A DNA stretch of 64,000 nt, from NCBI RefSeq assembly GCF_963921235.1, contig NC_086109.1, forward strand, positions 19,904,001 through 19,968,000, given 5' to 3'. The stretch comes from Mobula hypostoma (lineage: Eukaryota). This document shows positions 12,000 to 22,427 of this stretch, in pieces (position 1 is the stretch's first letter; the number at the start of each line of letters is the position of its first letter). Both the position numbers and the translations under genes were made by a program. Under the pieces are notes generated by a model, which did not search any database, had not been told where the DNA came from, and saw only the letters and a program-made list of their open reading frames with translations.

Positions 12000-14130
12000 A
12001 GGAAGTGCAGTGTAGATAGATGATAAAGTGCAAGATTATAATGAAGTAGACTGTGAGGTCAAGAATCCATCTTATCATGCTAGGGAACCATTCAATAGTC
12101 TTAATCCAATGGAGAAGTTGAGGCTGTCGGTACGTGCTTTCACAATGGAAGAGTAGGTGGAGTCTTTGATTATGCTGGCTGCTTTACTGAGGCAATGGGA
12201 AATATAGGCAGGATCCATGGAGGGGAGGCTGGATTTCATGATATGCTGAGCAATGTCCACAACTCTCTGAAGTTTCTGTCAGTCATGAGCAGAGCAGTCA
12301 GCATACCAAGCTGTGATGCACCCAGAAAAGATGTTTCCTATCATGCATCAACAAAAGTTGTTAAGCATTGACAGGAATGTGCCAAATTTCTTTACCTCCT
12401 GGGGAAGTTGAGGTGTTGGTGAACTGTTGTAGCTGTGGCATCTGCATGTTTGGACCAGGATGCTATTGGTGATTGTTCACTCCGAGGAACGTGAAGCTCT
12501 CAATCCTCTCAACCTCAGCACCATTGGTTAAATCAGGAGCGTGTGTATCACCCTTTTTCCTGAAGGTAATGACCAGCACTTCCATTTTGTTGACATTGAG
12601 GGAAAGGTTGTTGTCATGGCACCATGTTACTATGCACCCTACCTTTTTCCTGTACTCCAACACATCGTTATTGACCGCTATGGTGGTATCATCATGAAAC
12701 TCACAGAAGGAGTTGGAGCAGAATTTGGCCATACAGTTATAAGTGTACAGGGAGCAGAGTAGAGGATTGAGGATGCAACTTCGTGAAGCATCCAACTTCA
12801 GAATAATGGTGGAGGAGGTTTTAATGCCTATCCTTACTAATTATGGTCTATTGGTCAGGATGTTGAGGATCCAGTTACAAAGGGAGCTGTTGATTCCCAA
12901 CAGAGTCTGGTGATGAGTTTACTTTGAATTATAATTTAGATTAGATTATGAAGACACGCAGTCCTCTTTTATTGTCAATTAGTAATGCATGCATTAAGAA
13001 ATGATACAATATTTCCTCCGGTGTGATATCACAAAACACAGGACAGACCAAGACTGAAACAACTAACAAAACCACATAATTATAACATATAGTTACAACA
13101 ATGCAACAATACCATTACTTGATGAAGAAGTCCATGAGCACAGTAAAAGTTCAAAGTCTCTCAAATGTCCCACATCTCACGCAGATGGGAGAAGCAAGAA
13201 AAACTCTTCCTGCTATGCCGACCACAGTCCGACTCTGAGTCATCTGAAAGCTTCGAGCCTCCAATCAGCTCTCCAACACTGAGTACTGAGCGCCATCTCT
13301 GTCCAAACGATTCGACCTCAATCTCGGTCGCCAGCAGCGGGCAAAGCCGGGAATTTTGAGGCCTTCCCTCCAGAAGATTCCCAACCGCGCAGTAACAACA
13401 GCCGCGAAATGGCATTTCAGAAATTTCTCCAGATGTTCCTGTGTGCTTTCACGTCCGTCTCCATCAAATCAGAATTGTCCACAGCCCCTATTTCACAGAT
13501 ACGATATCATTTTTCACTGGAGGGCTGCGCACGCACGGCGCGCTGCTCTCTCTCCTCCCGCTTTGAAGGCAGAGCTGTAGTCAATAAGCAATAGTGCTTA
13601 ATAATGTCCAGATGCTCCAGAGATCAGTGTAGTGACAGGGCAATGATGTCTCCCATAGACCTACTCCAGCAGTAGGTGAACTGCAGTCATGCATTTTATC
13701 TGGGAAGCTGGAGTTGATGCAGCCTATGAGTGCTTCTCGAAGCACTTGGTTATGGTGAATGTCAGAGCAATTGGCAGTACTGGGTTGACAGTGACCTTCT
13801 TAAAGCAAGTGGGAACCACAGCTTAAAGCAGGGAAAGGTTAAAATTACCTGAAAATTCTGCCACTAGCAGATTTGTGCAGAAACTAAGGGCGCAGTCAGA
13901 CACAGCAGCTGGACCAGCTCCTTTCCAGAGGCTCACCCTCGGAACGATTCTGCAACAGTGACAGTGGGTTCCAGTGCATTGGAGGTTGAGTGGTGGATGT
14001 TGACATAGCAATCCTCTTCTGTTCAAACCTTGCATAGAATGGATTAAATTCCTTAGCAAATTATTGTTGATGATGCCTGACTTTGTTTTGTAGTCTGTTA
14101 CAGCATGCAAGTCCTGCCTTAACTGATGGC
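12000..14130 (-). mobile_element. Degenerate Rex1/Babar-type LINE RT region, interrupted by a younger insertion
   Basis: CILNPLLCSLYTYNC...FHDDTTI...WCHDNNLSLNVNK RT motifs (12463-12795); the sequence continues beyond 13560. Confidence 0.75.
12936..13560 (-). mobile_element. Non-autonomous retroposon, about 620 bp, with (AATCT)n tail
   Basis: TTAGATTAGATT tail on the plus strand, CpG-rich opposite end, interrupts a LINE, and its 3' part recurs at about 5450-5615. Confidence 0.6.
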
Positions 14131-14309
14131 TGGTCTGGGACTCAATTTTCCCTTAGTATTTTTACATTTAATGAAATCCCCAAAAAGGTATCCACCATCG
14201 ATACCCTGAGGGCTTGGTGGAGTGGGGTCAGGCAAGGGGGTTACTGCTGATCAGAGATTTAGTCAATCAGACATATCATTACTAAAGAACTGATGGACTA
14301 TCCTGCTCT

Positions 14310-14900
14310 GAGAGACTCGAATATAAAAGCAAGGATGTAATGCTGAGGCTTCATAAGGCACTGGTAAGGCCTCACTTGGAGGTCTGTGTGCAGATTTGGG
14401 GCCCTTACATGAGAAAGGATGAGCTGACATTGGAGAGGGTTCAAAGGAGGTTCACAAAAATTATTCCAGGAATAAAAAGCTATCTTATCAAGAACAACTC
14501 TGGGCCTTTACTCACTGGAATTTAGAAGAATGAAGGGGGGGATCTCATTGAAACCTATCAACTGTTGAAAGGCCTAGATAGAGTGGATGTGGAGAGGATG
14601 CTTTCTATTGTTGGGGAGTCTAGTATTAGAGGGCACAGCCTCAGAATGGAAGGACGTCCATTTGAGATGAAGGTTAGGAGGAATTTCTTTAACCAGAGGT
14701 TGGTGGATCTGTGGAATTCATTGCCACAGGTGACTGTGGAGGCCTAGTCATTGGGTGTACTTAAGGCAGAAGGAGATAGGTTCTTGATTGGTCAAGGAAT
14801 GAAAGATTACAGGGAGAAAACAGGAGAATGGGGTTGAGAGGGAAATGGATCTGCCATGATGAAATGGAGGAGCAGACTGGGCGGGCTGAATGGCTTATGG
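14310..14900 (+). mobile_element. CR1 LINE 3' fragment
   Basis: MLRLHKALVRPHLE...LERVQRRFTK and RRNFFNQRLVDLWNSLP motifs, frameshifted. Confidence 0.88.
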
Positions 14901-15041
14901 ACTTCATACCCAGACTCCAAGGCCATTTCACCATCTAAAAGATGCATTTGGATTGTAAGGAAGTTTTGTCCCCATGCCTATCTGTGAAATATTGTAACCG
15001 CACACGTGAAGCTTAATAGCATTCAGAACAAAATGATCCTC

Positions 15042-16314
15042 TGTCACACTGGGGTGCTGGGAACAGACCCAAATGCGGGACACAGACACTGAAGTACAAG
15101 GAACAGGACTTGACTAGAGTAGGGACGTGACAGGATTCAGGCAGGGAGCAGGGACAAGAACGCAGACTTGGGCTAGGGGAAGCAGGACCAGGACTAGAAA
15201 CCATGGACTAGGAGACAAGGCTTCGACTCTGAGCCCGTGACTGGACAAGGACCCAGAACCTGGGTCTTGCCTCAGGCTTGGACCCCAGAACCAGGCAAGG
15301 ACATGACATGGCTTCAGGACAGGACATGGCTGGGATCTAGAGACCTGAGCTTGGCTGCGGGATCTTCGAGGTGTGGGTTCTTAGGGCTTGGTTGCAGGAT
15401 CTTCGAGGCTTGTGTTCTTGCAGGAACTCCTGGGCAGGACGCAGAACTCCACCCCACAGAAGCAAGGTCAGGGAGGGACAGACCCAACCACAGGGTAACA
15501 GCAAACAGCCTACTTACCCAACAGAGGCAAGGGGCAGGAAGGGACAGAACCAACCACAGAATAACAGCGATCAGCCTGGCTTACTCAACAGAGGCAAGGA
15601 CAGGAAAGGAGCTCAATCCAGGGTGGCTCTGAGTCTCAGGGCAGCCTGCAACCTTGGCTGGCTACAGAAACAGCCAAATCCATACCACAATGACTGCTCC
15701 AACAAGTGGCAACAAGGCTCCATGATGTTGGGGAGTTCCAGAACGAGGGGTCACAGTTTGAGGATAGAGGGGAAGCCTTTTAGGACCGAGATTAGGAAAA
15801 ACTTCTTCACACAGAGAGTGGTGAATCTATGGAATTCTCTGCCACAGCAAACTGTTGAGGCCAGTTCATTGGCTATGTTTAAGAGGGAGTTAGATATGGC
15901 CCTTGTGGCTACAGGGGTCAGGGGGTATGAAGGGAAGGCTGGGTTCTGAGTTGGATGATCAGCCATGATCATAATAAATGGCGGTGCAGGCTCGAAGGGC
16001 CGAATGGCCTACTCCTGCACCTATTTTCCATGTTTCTATGTTTCTATGAAGCAGTGGTCCTCCAACCAGGCCTAGAGATCACAAATGGTTTCCCTAGCCT
16101 TCCATCAGCAGGTTGCTCCAAAGGGAACTGACAATACAAACCAGCAGCCCACACACACACAACCCCAAGGCTACTTATATTCCAAGCCACAAGATGGGAA
16201 TCAGGTGCCTATGATTAACTCAACCAAACGAGGGACAGCTGGAAGACCCGGAGTCCTGAGTCCACGGACCAGACTGTGAACCGGAATGCAGATTTCACGG
16301 ACCGGACCATAACA
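15042..16314. mobile_element. LTR-type element (solo or deleted) with a nested CR1
   Basis: TGTCAC...ATAACA termini with the 5-bp TSD TCCTC (15037-15041 and 16315-16319); internal imperfect repeats (CAGAGGCAAGG...). Confidence 0.72.
15721..16048 (+). mobile_element. Young CR1 3' end nested in the LTR element
   Basis: SRTRGHSLRIEGKPFRTEIRKNFFTQRVVNLWNSLP, then 3' UTR and a (TTTCTATG)n tail. Confidence 0.9.
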
Positions 16315-16690
16315 TCCTCTTAATTGTCATCCTAACCTTAACCACACCTCTAACCTTTGACTATAGTGTGTCCCAGAAGATGCGCTACAATAACTTCTCA
16401 TTATATATTTGACAACTACACTAAACACATGATATCTGAAGGAACAAGGATAGCAGACACATGAGCACTGAGAGAAGGATGGATCTGGTGACCTTCAATC
16501 TTTCTGAGTAGGAACTCAGGAAGGAACCAGTATAACTCAAATCTGATGCCAAAATCAGGTCATCAAAGATGCCTGGATTATAGAGTGATGACAGTGTAAA
16601 CAACAAACATCCATTTTAGTCCCCAAGCTAAGTTGGAATATCACCCTCTGGTAACCACCCCCTGATGTGAATTGCAACTCTGTGGGTGGG

Positions 16691-17037
16691 TGAGTTATTA
16701 ATGTTCAGGCTCACAACAGCTATCTACAAGTCTTAGCTTAACATTGGCTTCCACAGTAGCAACATTTTTTTTCCCTGGTTGATAAATATACAATAACCTT
16801 TGTGTGACTGAGTGTCCTTCAGCAAAGGAAAGGTGAAACAGGACTACCAAAAGATTATAACTTCCTCTGGAACAAGAGGTGGGTTGAATGGGGTGGCAGG
16901 AGGTTGTTATGGAGGTGGAACGGGGGACTGATTCTGCATTATGAAATAATTAGAAACTAAAATGCTTGCCAAGTCAGAAGGATAAAATAATAGCGGGAAA
17001 GGCTGAGGAAGTGATCAATAGGTCAGTGCTAAGGGTA
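16691..17037 (+). repeat. Diverged duplicate of the INKA2 upstream segment 18262-18608
   Basis: Collinear shared blocks: AGTCTTAGCTTAACATTG, TTTGTGTGACTGAGTG, GGGGACTGATTCTGCAT, AAATAATTAGAAACTAAAAT, CTTGCCAAGTCAGA, AGGAAGTGATCAATAGGTCAGTGCT. Confidence 0.92.
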
Positions 17038-17830
17038 ATTTGTGGCTTCAAGTCTCAGCACATTGATCTGGGCAATATCTAAATGGGCACTTGCACAATA
17101 ATGATGAGTGACTGCCGTCATGCCAGAGACTGAGAAGTCCCTTGTGACATTGTGAGAAAGGGCCCTTCCACTGTTACAGTAGTGTGGTGGTTATCGCAAT
17201 AACAGCCTGGGGCATTCCAGAGTTCGGGATTCATTTCCAACGCCATCCTGTAAGGAGTTTGTACGTTCTTCACATAGGTTTCCACCTGATGCTCTGATTC
17301 CCTCCCACAGTCCAAAGACACACCAGTTCGTAGGTTAGCTGCCCACTGTAAATTGTCCTGTGATTAAGCTAATGTTAAATGGGTGGGTTGATGGCAGTGT
17401 GGCTCATCAGGCCAGAATAGTCCATTCCAAGCTGTATCTCTGAATAAATGAATAATAAAATTAGTGGTGATGATACTTGAGTGAACCCAACCCAATTTTA
17501 GCTACGTTTGACGCAGATGCTTGGAATTCCATAGCGAAGAGGTTTAGGGGGTTAATGGATGAGGAAAAATCTTCTGCTCAGAATACTGCATGTTTCCCAA
17601 TGTGAACCAGTAATACAAGGATGAGTCAAAAAAATGTCTAGCTCCTGTCAGTATGAAGCTGCCCACTTGACACGCAAGGTGCTGCCCACAAATGACGCTG
17701 CACACGTTGGGAATTCGCCAGCAATAGACGACGGCAGAGGTGCTGGCCTCTTTTTCCACTTTCACCACCATGGTACGTCTCTGCCACATAATATTTTGAG
17801 CATTTACGCACTTGGTTCATGCCTCTAAGG

Positions 17831-17885
17831 CAGAGGTTTCCAACCACCTCCTTTAATGGCATAAAAAAAAAGCTGGGAACACCCA
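17831..17885. mobile_element. Tiny hAT (Charlie-like) MITE relic
   Basis: Begins CAGAGGTTTCCAACC and ends with a degenerate GCTGGGAACACCCA; flanked by the 8-bp TSD CTCTAAGG (17823-17830 and 17886-17893). Confidence 0.65.
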
Positions 17886-17940
17886 CTCTAAGGGGAACCT
17901 CGCATCAATTAATTTGTAAACCTCATTGCCTCGGCTTCAT

Positions 17941-18138
17941 AAACACAAGAGAATCTGCAGGTGCTGGAAATCCAGAGTAACACACACAAAATGCTGGAGG
18001 AACACAGCAGGTCAGGGAGCACTTATGGAGAGGAATTTAAGAGCCGATGTTTCGGCCAGAACTGCCTGCTCTTTCATCCCGCTCCAGAGCTGCTGAAAAG
18101 CCTGCTGAGTTCCTCCAGCATTGTCTGTGTGTGTTGCC
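17941..18138. mobile_element. Old palindromic Penelope-derived mini-element
   Basis: AACACACACAAAATGCTGGAGGAACACAGCAGG and its inverted counterpart CCTGCTGAGTTCCTCCAGCATTGTCTGTGTGTGTT. Confidence 0.7.
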
Positions 18139-18261
18139 CAGGCTTCCACTTGGCTGACAAGGATTCACCTGTGATGCTGCGATAGCTGTCGGAACAGAAA
18201 GAAGACAATTTCCCTTCAGGTTTATTTTGTTAGTCTATCAGACCCTGCGTAATCTGTACTT

Positions 18262-18875
18262 TGAGTATTAATGTTCTGGCAAACGACAAACATGTACCAG
18301 TCTTAGCTTAACATTGACTCCCATAGCATCAACATCTTTTTTTTCTCACTGTGTTATAGATGTACAAATATTCTTTGTGTGACTGAGTGACTTTTAGCTA
18401 GGGAGGGGAGAAACAGGACGAGAACGTAGTAGAGCTTCTATTGGGACAAGAGGTGCGTTGAATGGGGGCGGGGGTTTTTATGGGGGTTCAACTGGGGACT
18501 GATTCTGCATAACTAAATAATTAGAAACTAAAATTCTTGCCAAGTCAGAGGGAGAAAATAATAGAGGGAAAAGCTAAGGAAGTGATCAATAGGTCAGTGC
18601 TGAGAGTAGGTTACTGTAATGTGACACCAAACACTTACAGTGTACAGATTCGACGGAACATAACACAAGACAACCTCTCAGTTCCACAGCAGCCGTCCCT
18701 CCTATTTTGTCTTACCCAGCCTCGCTGGCAGACAGTACAGTACAGACTGCACTCTCTTCCTAATGGACACGTGGAGCATATTAAATTCTTTCGGGCGCTG
18801 ATTTTTAACAGTTTTTTTTTAAAAAACTTCCTTTCCCTCACTGTTAACCGTCAGCCTCCTACCGTAAAGGGGAAT
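18262..18875 (+). promoter_or_regulatory. Putative INKA2 proximal promoter and 5' UTR
   Basis: Non-TE sequence directly upstream of exon 1 with a GC box (GGGGGCGGGG near 18464), an ETS-like AGGAAGT near 18577 and rising CpG content. The TSS cannot be determined. Confidence 0.5.
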
Positions 18876-18911
18876 ATGGACAACAGTCTGCATCGTTTGA
18901 AGCAAGAATTG
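18876..18911 (+). CDS. INKA2: INKA2 (FAM212B) coding exon 1, MDNSLHRLKQEL
   Basis: ATG at 18876, then MDNSLHRLKQEL, which resembles the vertebrate INKA2 N-terminus as I recall it (MDCYLRRLKQEL). Followed directly by the donor TTG|GTAAGG at 18912; phase 0, compatible with the exon 2 frame. Confidence 0.88.
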
Positions 18912-20089
18912 GTAAGGTGGATTACTGTCTTTAAAAGAGTTTTGTTTTTGTTTTGTAACGTGGATGGTTGCTGTGAAGTTATTCACCGTGTGCAGTGGCG
19001 AGAATAAAATGAGTGCCTATTTATAATCAAACATTGACTCCCCGTCTCCTTCAGTTAATTACTTTCGGGATAATAGATTGTGAGGAGAGGTGTTAAAACC
19101 ATTCCATCTGTCCCCGGATTAAACTGCAAATGAACATGAATTCTAATGCGGCTCTGCAAGCGTAAGTCATTTTCAGAATTATTGAGTTAAAATGGAAATC
19201 AATGCACTTAGCTCGTTAACACTTGTCCTTTTTGAGGGAAGGCGTGATTTCTATCATGTATAAATTAACACTATAGGATTCCGTGTTAATTTTGTTGTGT
19301 GCGTTGTGCTTTATTAGTTTGAAGGGTGGGATTTACGGTAAACTCCCCACCCCTCTACTAAAGCAAGACTCCCCCCCCCCAGCTGTGCCCCCCTCTCCCT
19401 CCACGTCTGCCCACTCTCGCCGGTGTCCCCATTTACAAGGTCAAAGGAGGTGACGTGTCGGCAGCTAAAAGACCATCCAAAAAGCAGGAGCTGAATGTTA
19501 GGGACCCAAGCGACAATAATTAACCCTTCTGAGTGGGGAGATGTGGAAGGGCCGGGGCGGGGGGGGGGGGGATGTAGTTTGGGGGTGGCTGCAGCTGAAT
19601 TCTAAGCGAACCTCTTTGCAAATTTGGGAGACTGGACATTGATCAAACTCCTCGGAACAGCTTCAAGCGAGAAATCCAATTTCCTCTCTGTTGTCCGGGA
19701 TTCCGCGTACTCACCAACGGGCTCCTTTGAAAAAAAAACATCGTATTCTTCAAAAAAAAAAGATGCAGTCCCATTTAAAACAGATTCTAATTTTCACTTT
19801 CCGTGGCTCACTTTCTACGGAATGTGCACTGGCAACGAGAGTGTGTGAACATTTCAATATTCCGACACCTCCCCCCACCACCCCGTCTTTGCTCTGTTTG
19901 CATGGTCTTTTGTGATTATTACTACGTTCAAATCACACTTACATTGGCACGCATAGAAACTCATCCCGACTCAATTTTTTAAAGAAGATTCATTTCTAAT
20001 CCTCCCAATATTGCTCCCGTTTTAATTTGACAGTGCGGAGAAATTTCAGCTGTTTAGACAATGTAGAAAACTTTCAAACTTTCTCACTG

Positions 20090-21215
20090 AAACCTATCGA
20101 AATTTGAAAAGCTTAGAGTGGATGTGGAGAGTATGTTTCTAATAGTGGGTGGAGTCTAGGACCAGAAGGCACGGCTTCAGAATAGAGGGGCATCCATTTA
20201 GAACAGAGATGAGGAGAAATTTCTTCAACAAGAGGGTGGGGAAACTGTGGAATTCATTGCCACGGATGTCTGTGGAGGCTAAGTCAAAGCGGAGGTTAAT
20301 AGGTTCTTGATTAGTAAGGGCGTCAGTTTACGGGGAGAAGGCGGGAGACTGGGGTTGAGAGGGATAATATGATGAAATGAAAGAACAGACTCGATGGGCC
20401 GAATGGTCTAATTCTGCTCCTATGACTTACGGTCTTGTGGTCTAAATAACGTGTTCGGTCAATGTATCCCAGGATTTATAGTGCAAGGTTCAATATGTTG
20501 GGTTGTTATTCCTTGGAGCGTAGGAGAATGAGGGATGATTTGATGGAGGTATTGGATGACGGGGTGGAGATACGTCCCTACCAAAGGAAGTAATAAGGCC
20601 TGTAGCTCACCCCGGGCAAGGTGTAGCACTTGCTTACCCCCTCACCTCCCCCCCCCACCGCGATCAGGGTCACGTGAAGCCATGGGGGCAGGTGGTGAAT
20701 TGTCGTGGTCCTGGTTATGCGACCATTGGCGCCTGACAGACAATCTCTGAAGAGCAGCGGTCACCCGCCTTATAAAGACACTGCCTAGAAGAAAGCAATG
20801 GCAAACCACTTCGGTAGAAAAAAAATGCCAAGAACAATCATGGCCGTGGAGATAACATGACCACGACAATGTACAGAACGAATGATACAAGATTATGAGG
20901 GGTAAAGTGCACGCAGTCTTCTTCCACTGAAGTTGGGTGAGACTAGAAGTCATGGGCTAAGAGCGAAAGGTGAAATGTTTAAAGGGAACCCGAGGGGGCA
21001 ACTTCTTCCTTCACAGAGTGTTGATAGTGTGGATTGAGTTGCCGGAAGAAGTGGTGGATGCTGGTTCGATTTCAGCATTTAAGAGAATTTGGATAGGTCC
21101 ATGGATGAGAGAGGTAAGGAAGGCTATGGATCGGGTGCAGGTCGATGAGACTAGAAAGATTAATATTTCGGTACGGACTAGATGGGCCGAAGAACTTGTT
21201 TCTGTGCTGTAGTAC
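20090..21215 (+). mobile_element. Two CR1 3' fragments in INKA2 intron 1, the second interrupted by an RTE-related SINE (about 20556-20875)
   Basis: CR1 motifs (RRNFFNKRVGKLWNSLP; GNFFLHRVLIVWIELP). The insert carries GAAGAAAGCAATGGCAAACCACTTC...TGCCAAGAACAATCATGG, shared with 55965-56295. Confidence 0.75.
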
Positions 21216-22427
21216 TCTATGACTATGGCACATCAGCAGCTCCCTCAAGTTTAACGTGGAGGCACAGTCTTTTACGGGGAATTCAATAAACAAAACAAAA
21301 ATATATAGTTTATTTGAGATGGAGGCGAGCGAGTCTGTGGAATATGAACGTTGGATAATGCTTTGTTAGTAGACGTGTTAAGTTCCTTTTTAAAAAGCGA
21401 TCACGCCTTGAGGTGCTGAATAGCTGGATTAACCAAGCGACACCCATCCAACACATGGCCCCCCTTTGATGGGCTTGTCTTTGTGGCCGGGCTCCTTGTC
21501 AATCAACATTCTCTTATTAATAAAACACGGTTCTTTTGAAAGGGTCTTTGCTCGTCCCACTGAGTAGCGGATCTGTGCCTGTGCGGGGAAAGGTAGTGTA
21601 TTAAACTGGGCACCCTATGTTCAATTAAATAAGGGGCAGGGTAATGAAAGAGTGCGGCTTTGTTCTGGGGCTGTTTAAGCCTGTTCAATAGACAGAATGA
21701 GTCTATGTGCAAGATAATACCGTTCCCAGTGCTGTGCGTTGTATGTAAGAATGTATTAGTGACAGTCAAATGGACGGCAAGTGCTGTAATACGTTATATA
21801 TAGACGGGCATGTGTTTCAGCGAGAGGGTCATTTGAAATATTCCCCCTTTGGGGGAAGGGTCTCGATAGTACTTTTTTATATAGCTCTCAATTGGGGGGG
21901 GGGGAGGGTGCATTTGTATTTCTAACGATGGAGGGGTTGTACCGAAATGCTTTGTTTACAGGTCCGGAGGGCAGATTACACCCATCAACTCCGAATTACG
22001 TTTCAAAGCAATTTATTGAAACGAGTTTGGTGACACTCATCCTGTAGGGAACTCGCGTGAGGTCTGATGCTGCAGTCAAAACAGAACACGAGCCCACTTC
22101 TCCCCCACAAAAAAAACCCTAAAAGTGCGATCTCTCTATTTATTTCCTTTTGCTTTTGGGAAATTGCGCCTGGCCGGGGAACAGTTTTGCCCTGCATTGC
22201 AAATGGTAAGCGCACAATGTTTGAGAGAGCCCTGCGTAGGTTGAATAAAAAATGAGCACGTTCTTCCTGTAAGCGCGTGAGAAGGAAGAGGGAGTTGGAG
22301 CGTAAGGAAGTGGATTCCTCTTGCGGTTCATGAGTTAATGGGGATGATGATATTGATTATATTGATGCTCTTGGTGTCTCCGATGATATAATAGTGCGGT
22401 GCTAATGGTGTGAATGTGCTTTGACAG

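Noticed and set aside
18537..19007. 156-aa ORF as a single-exon gene
   Set aside because: Only 18876-18911 resembles INKA2; the ORF starts at TTG and reads through a strong splice donor.
20556..20875. HDV-like ribozyme in the RTE-related SINEs (also 37930-38225 and 55965-56295)
   Set aside because: Some RTE elements are known to carry such ribozymes, but I could not assemble the nested double pseudoknot by eye; a descriptor search would be needed.
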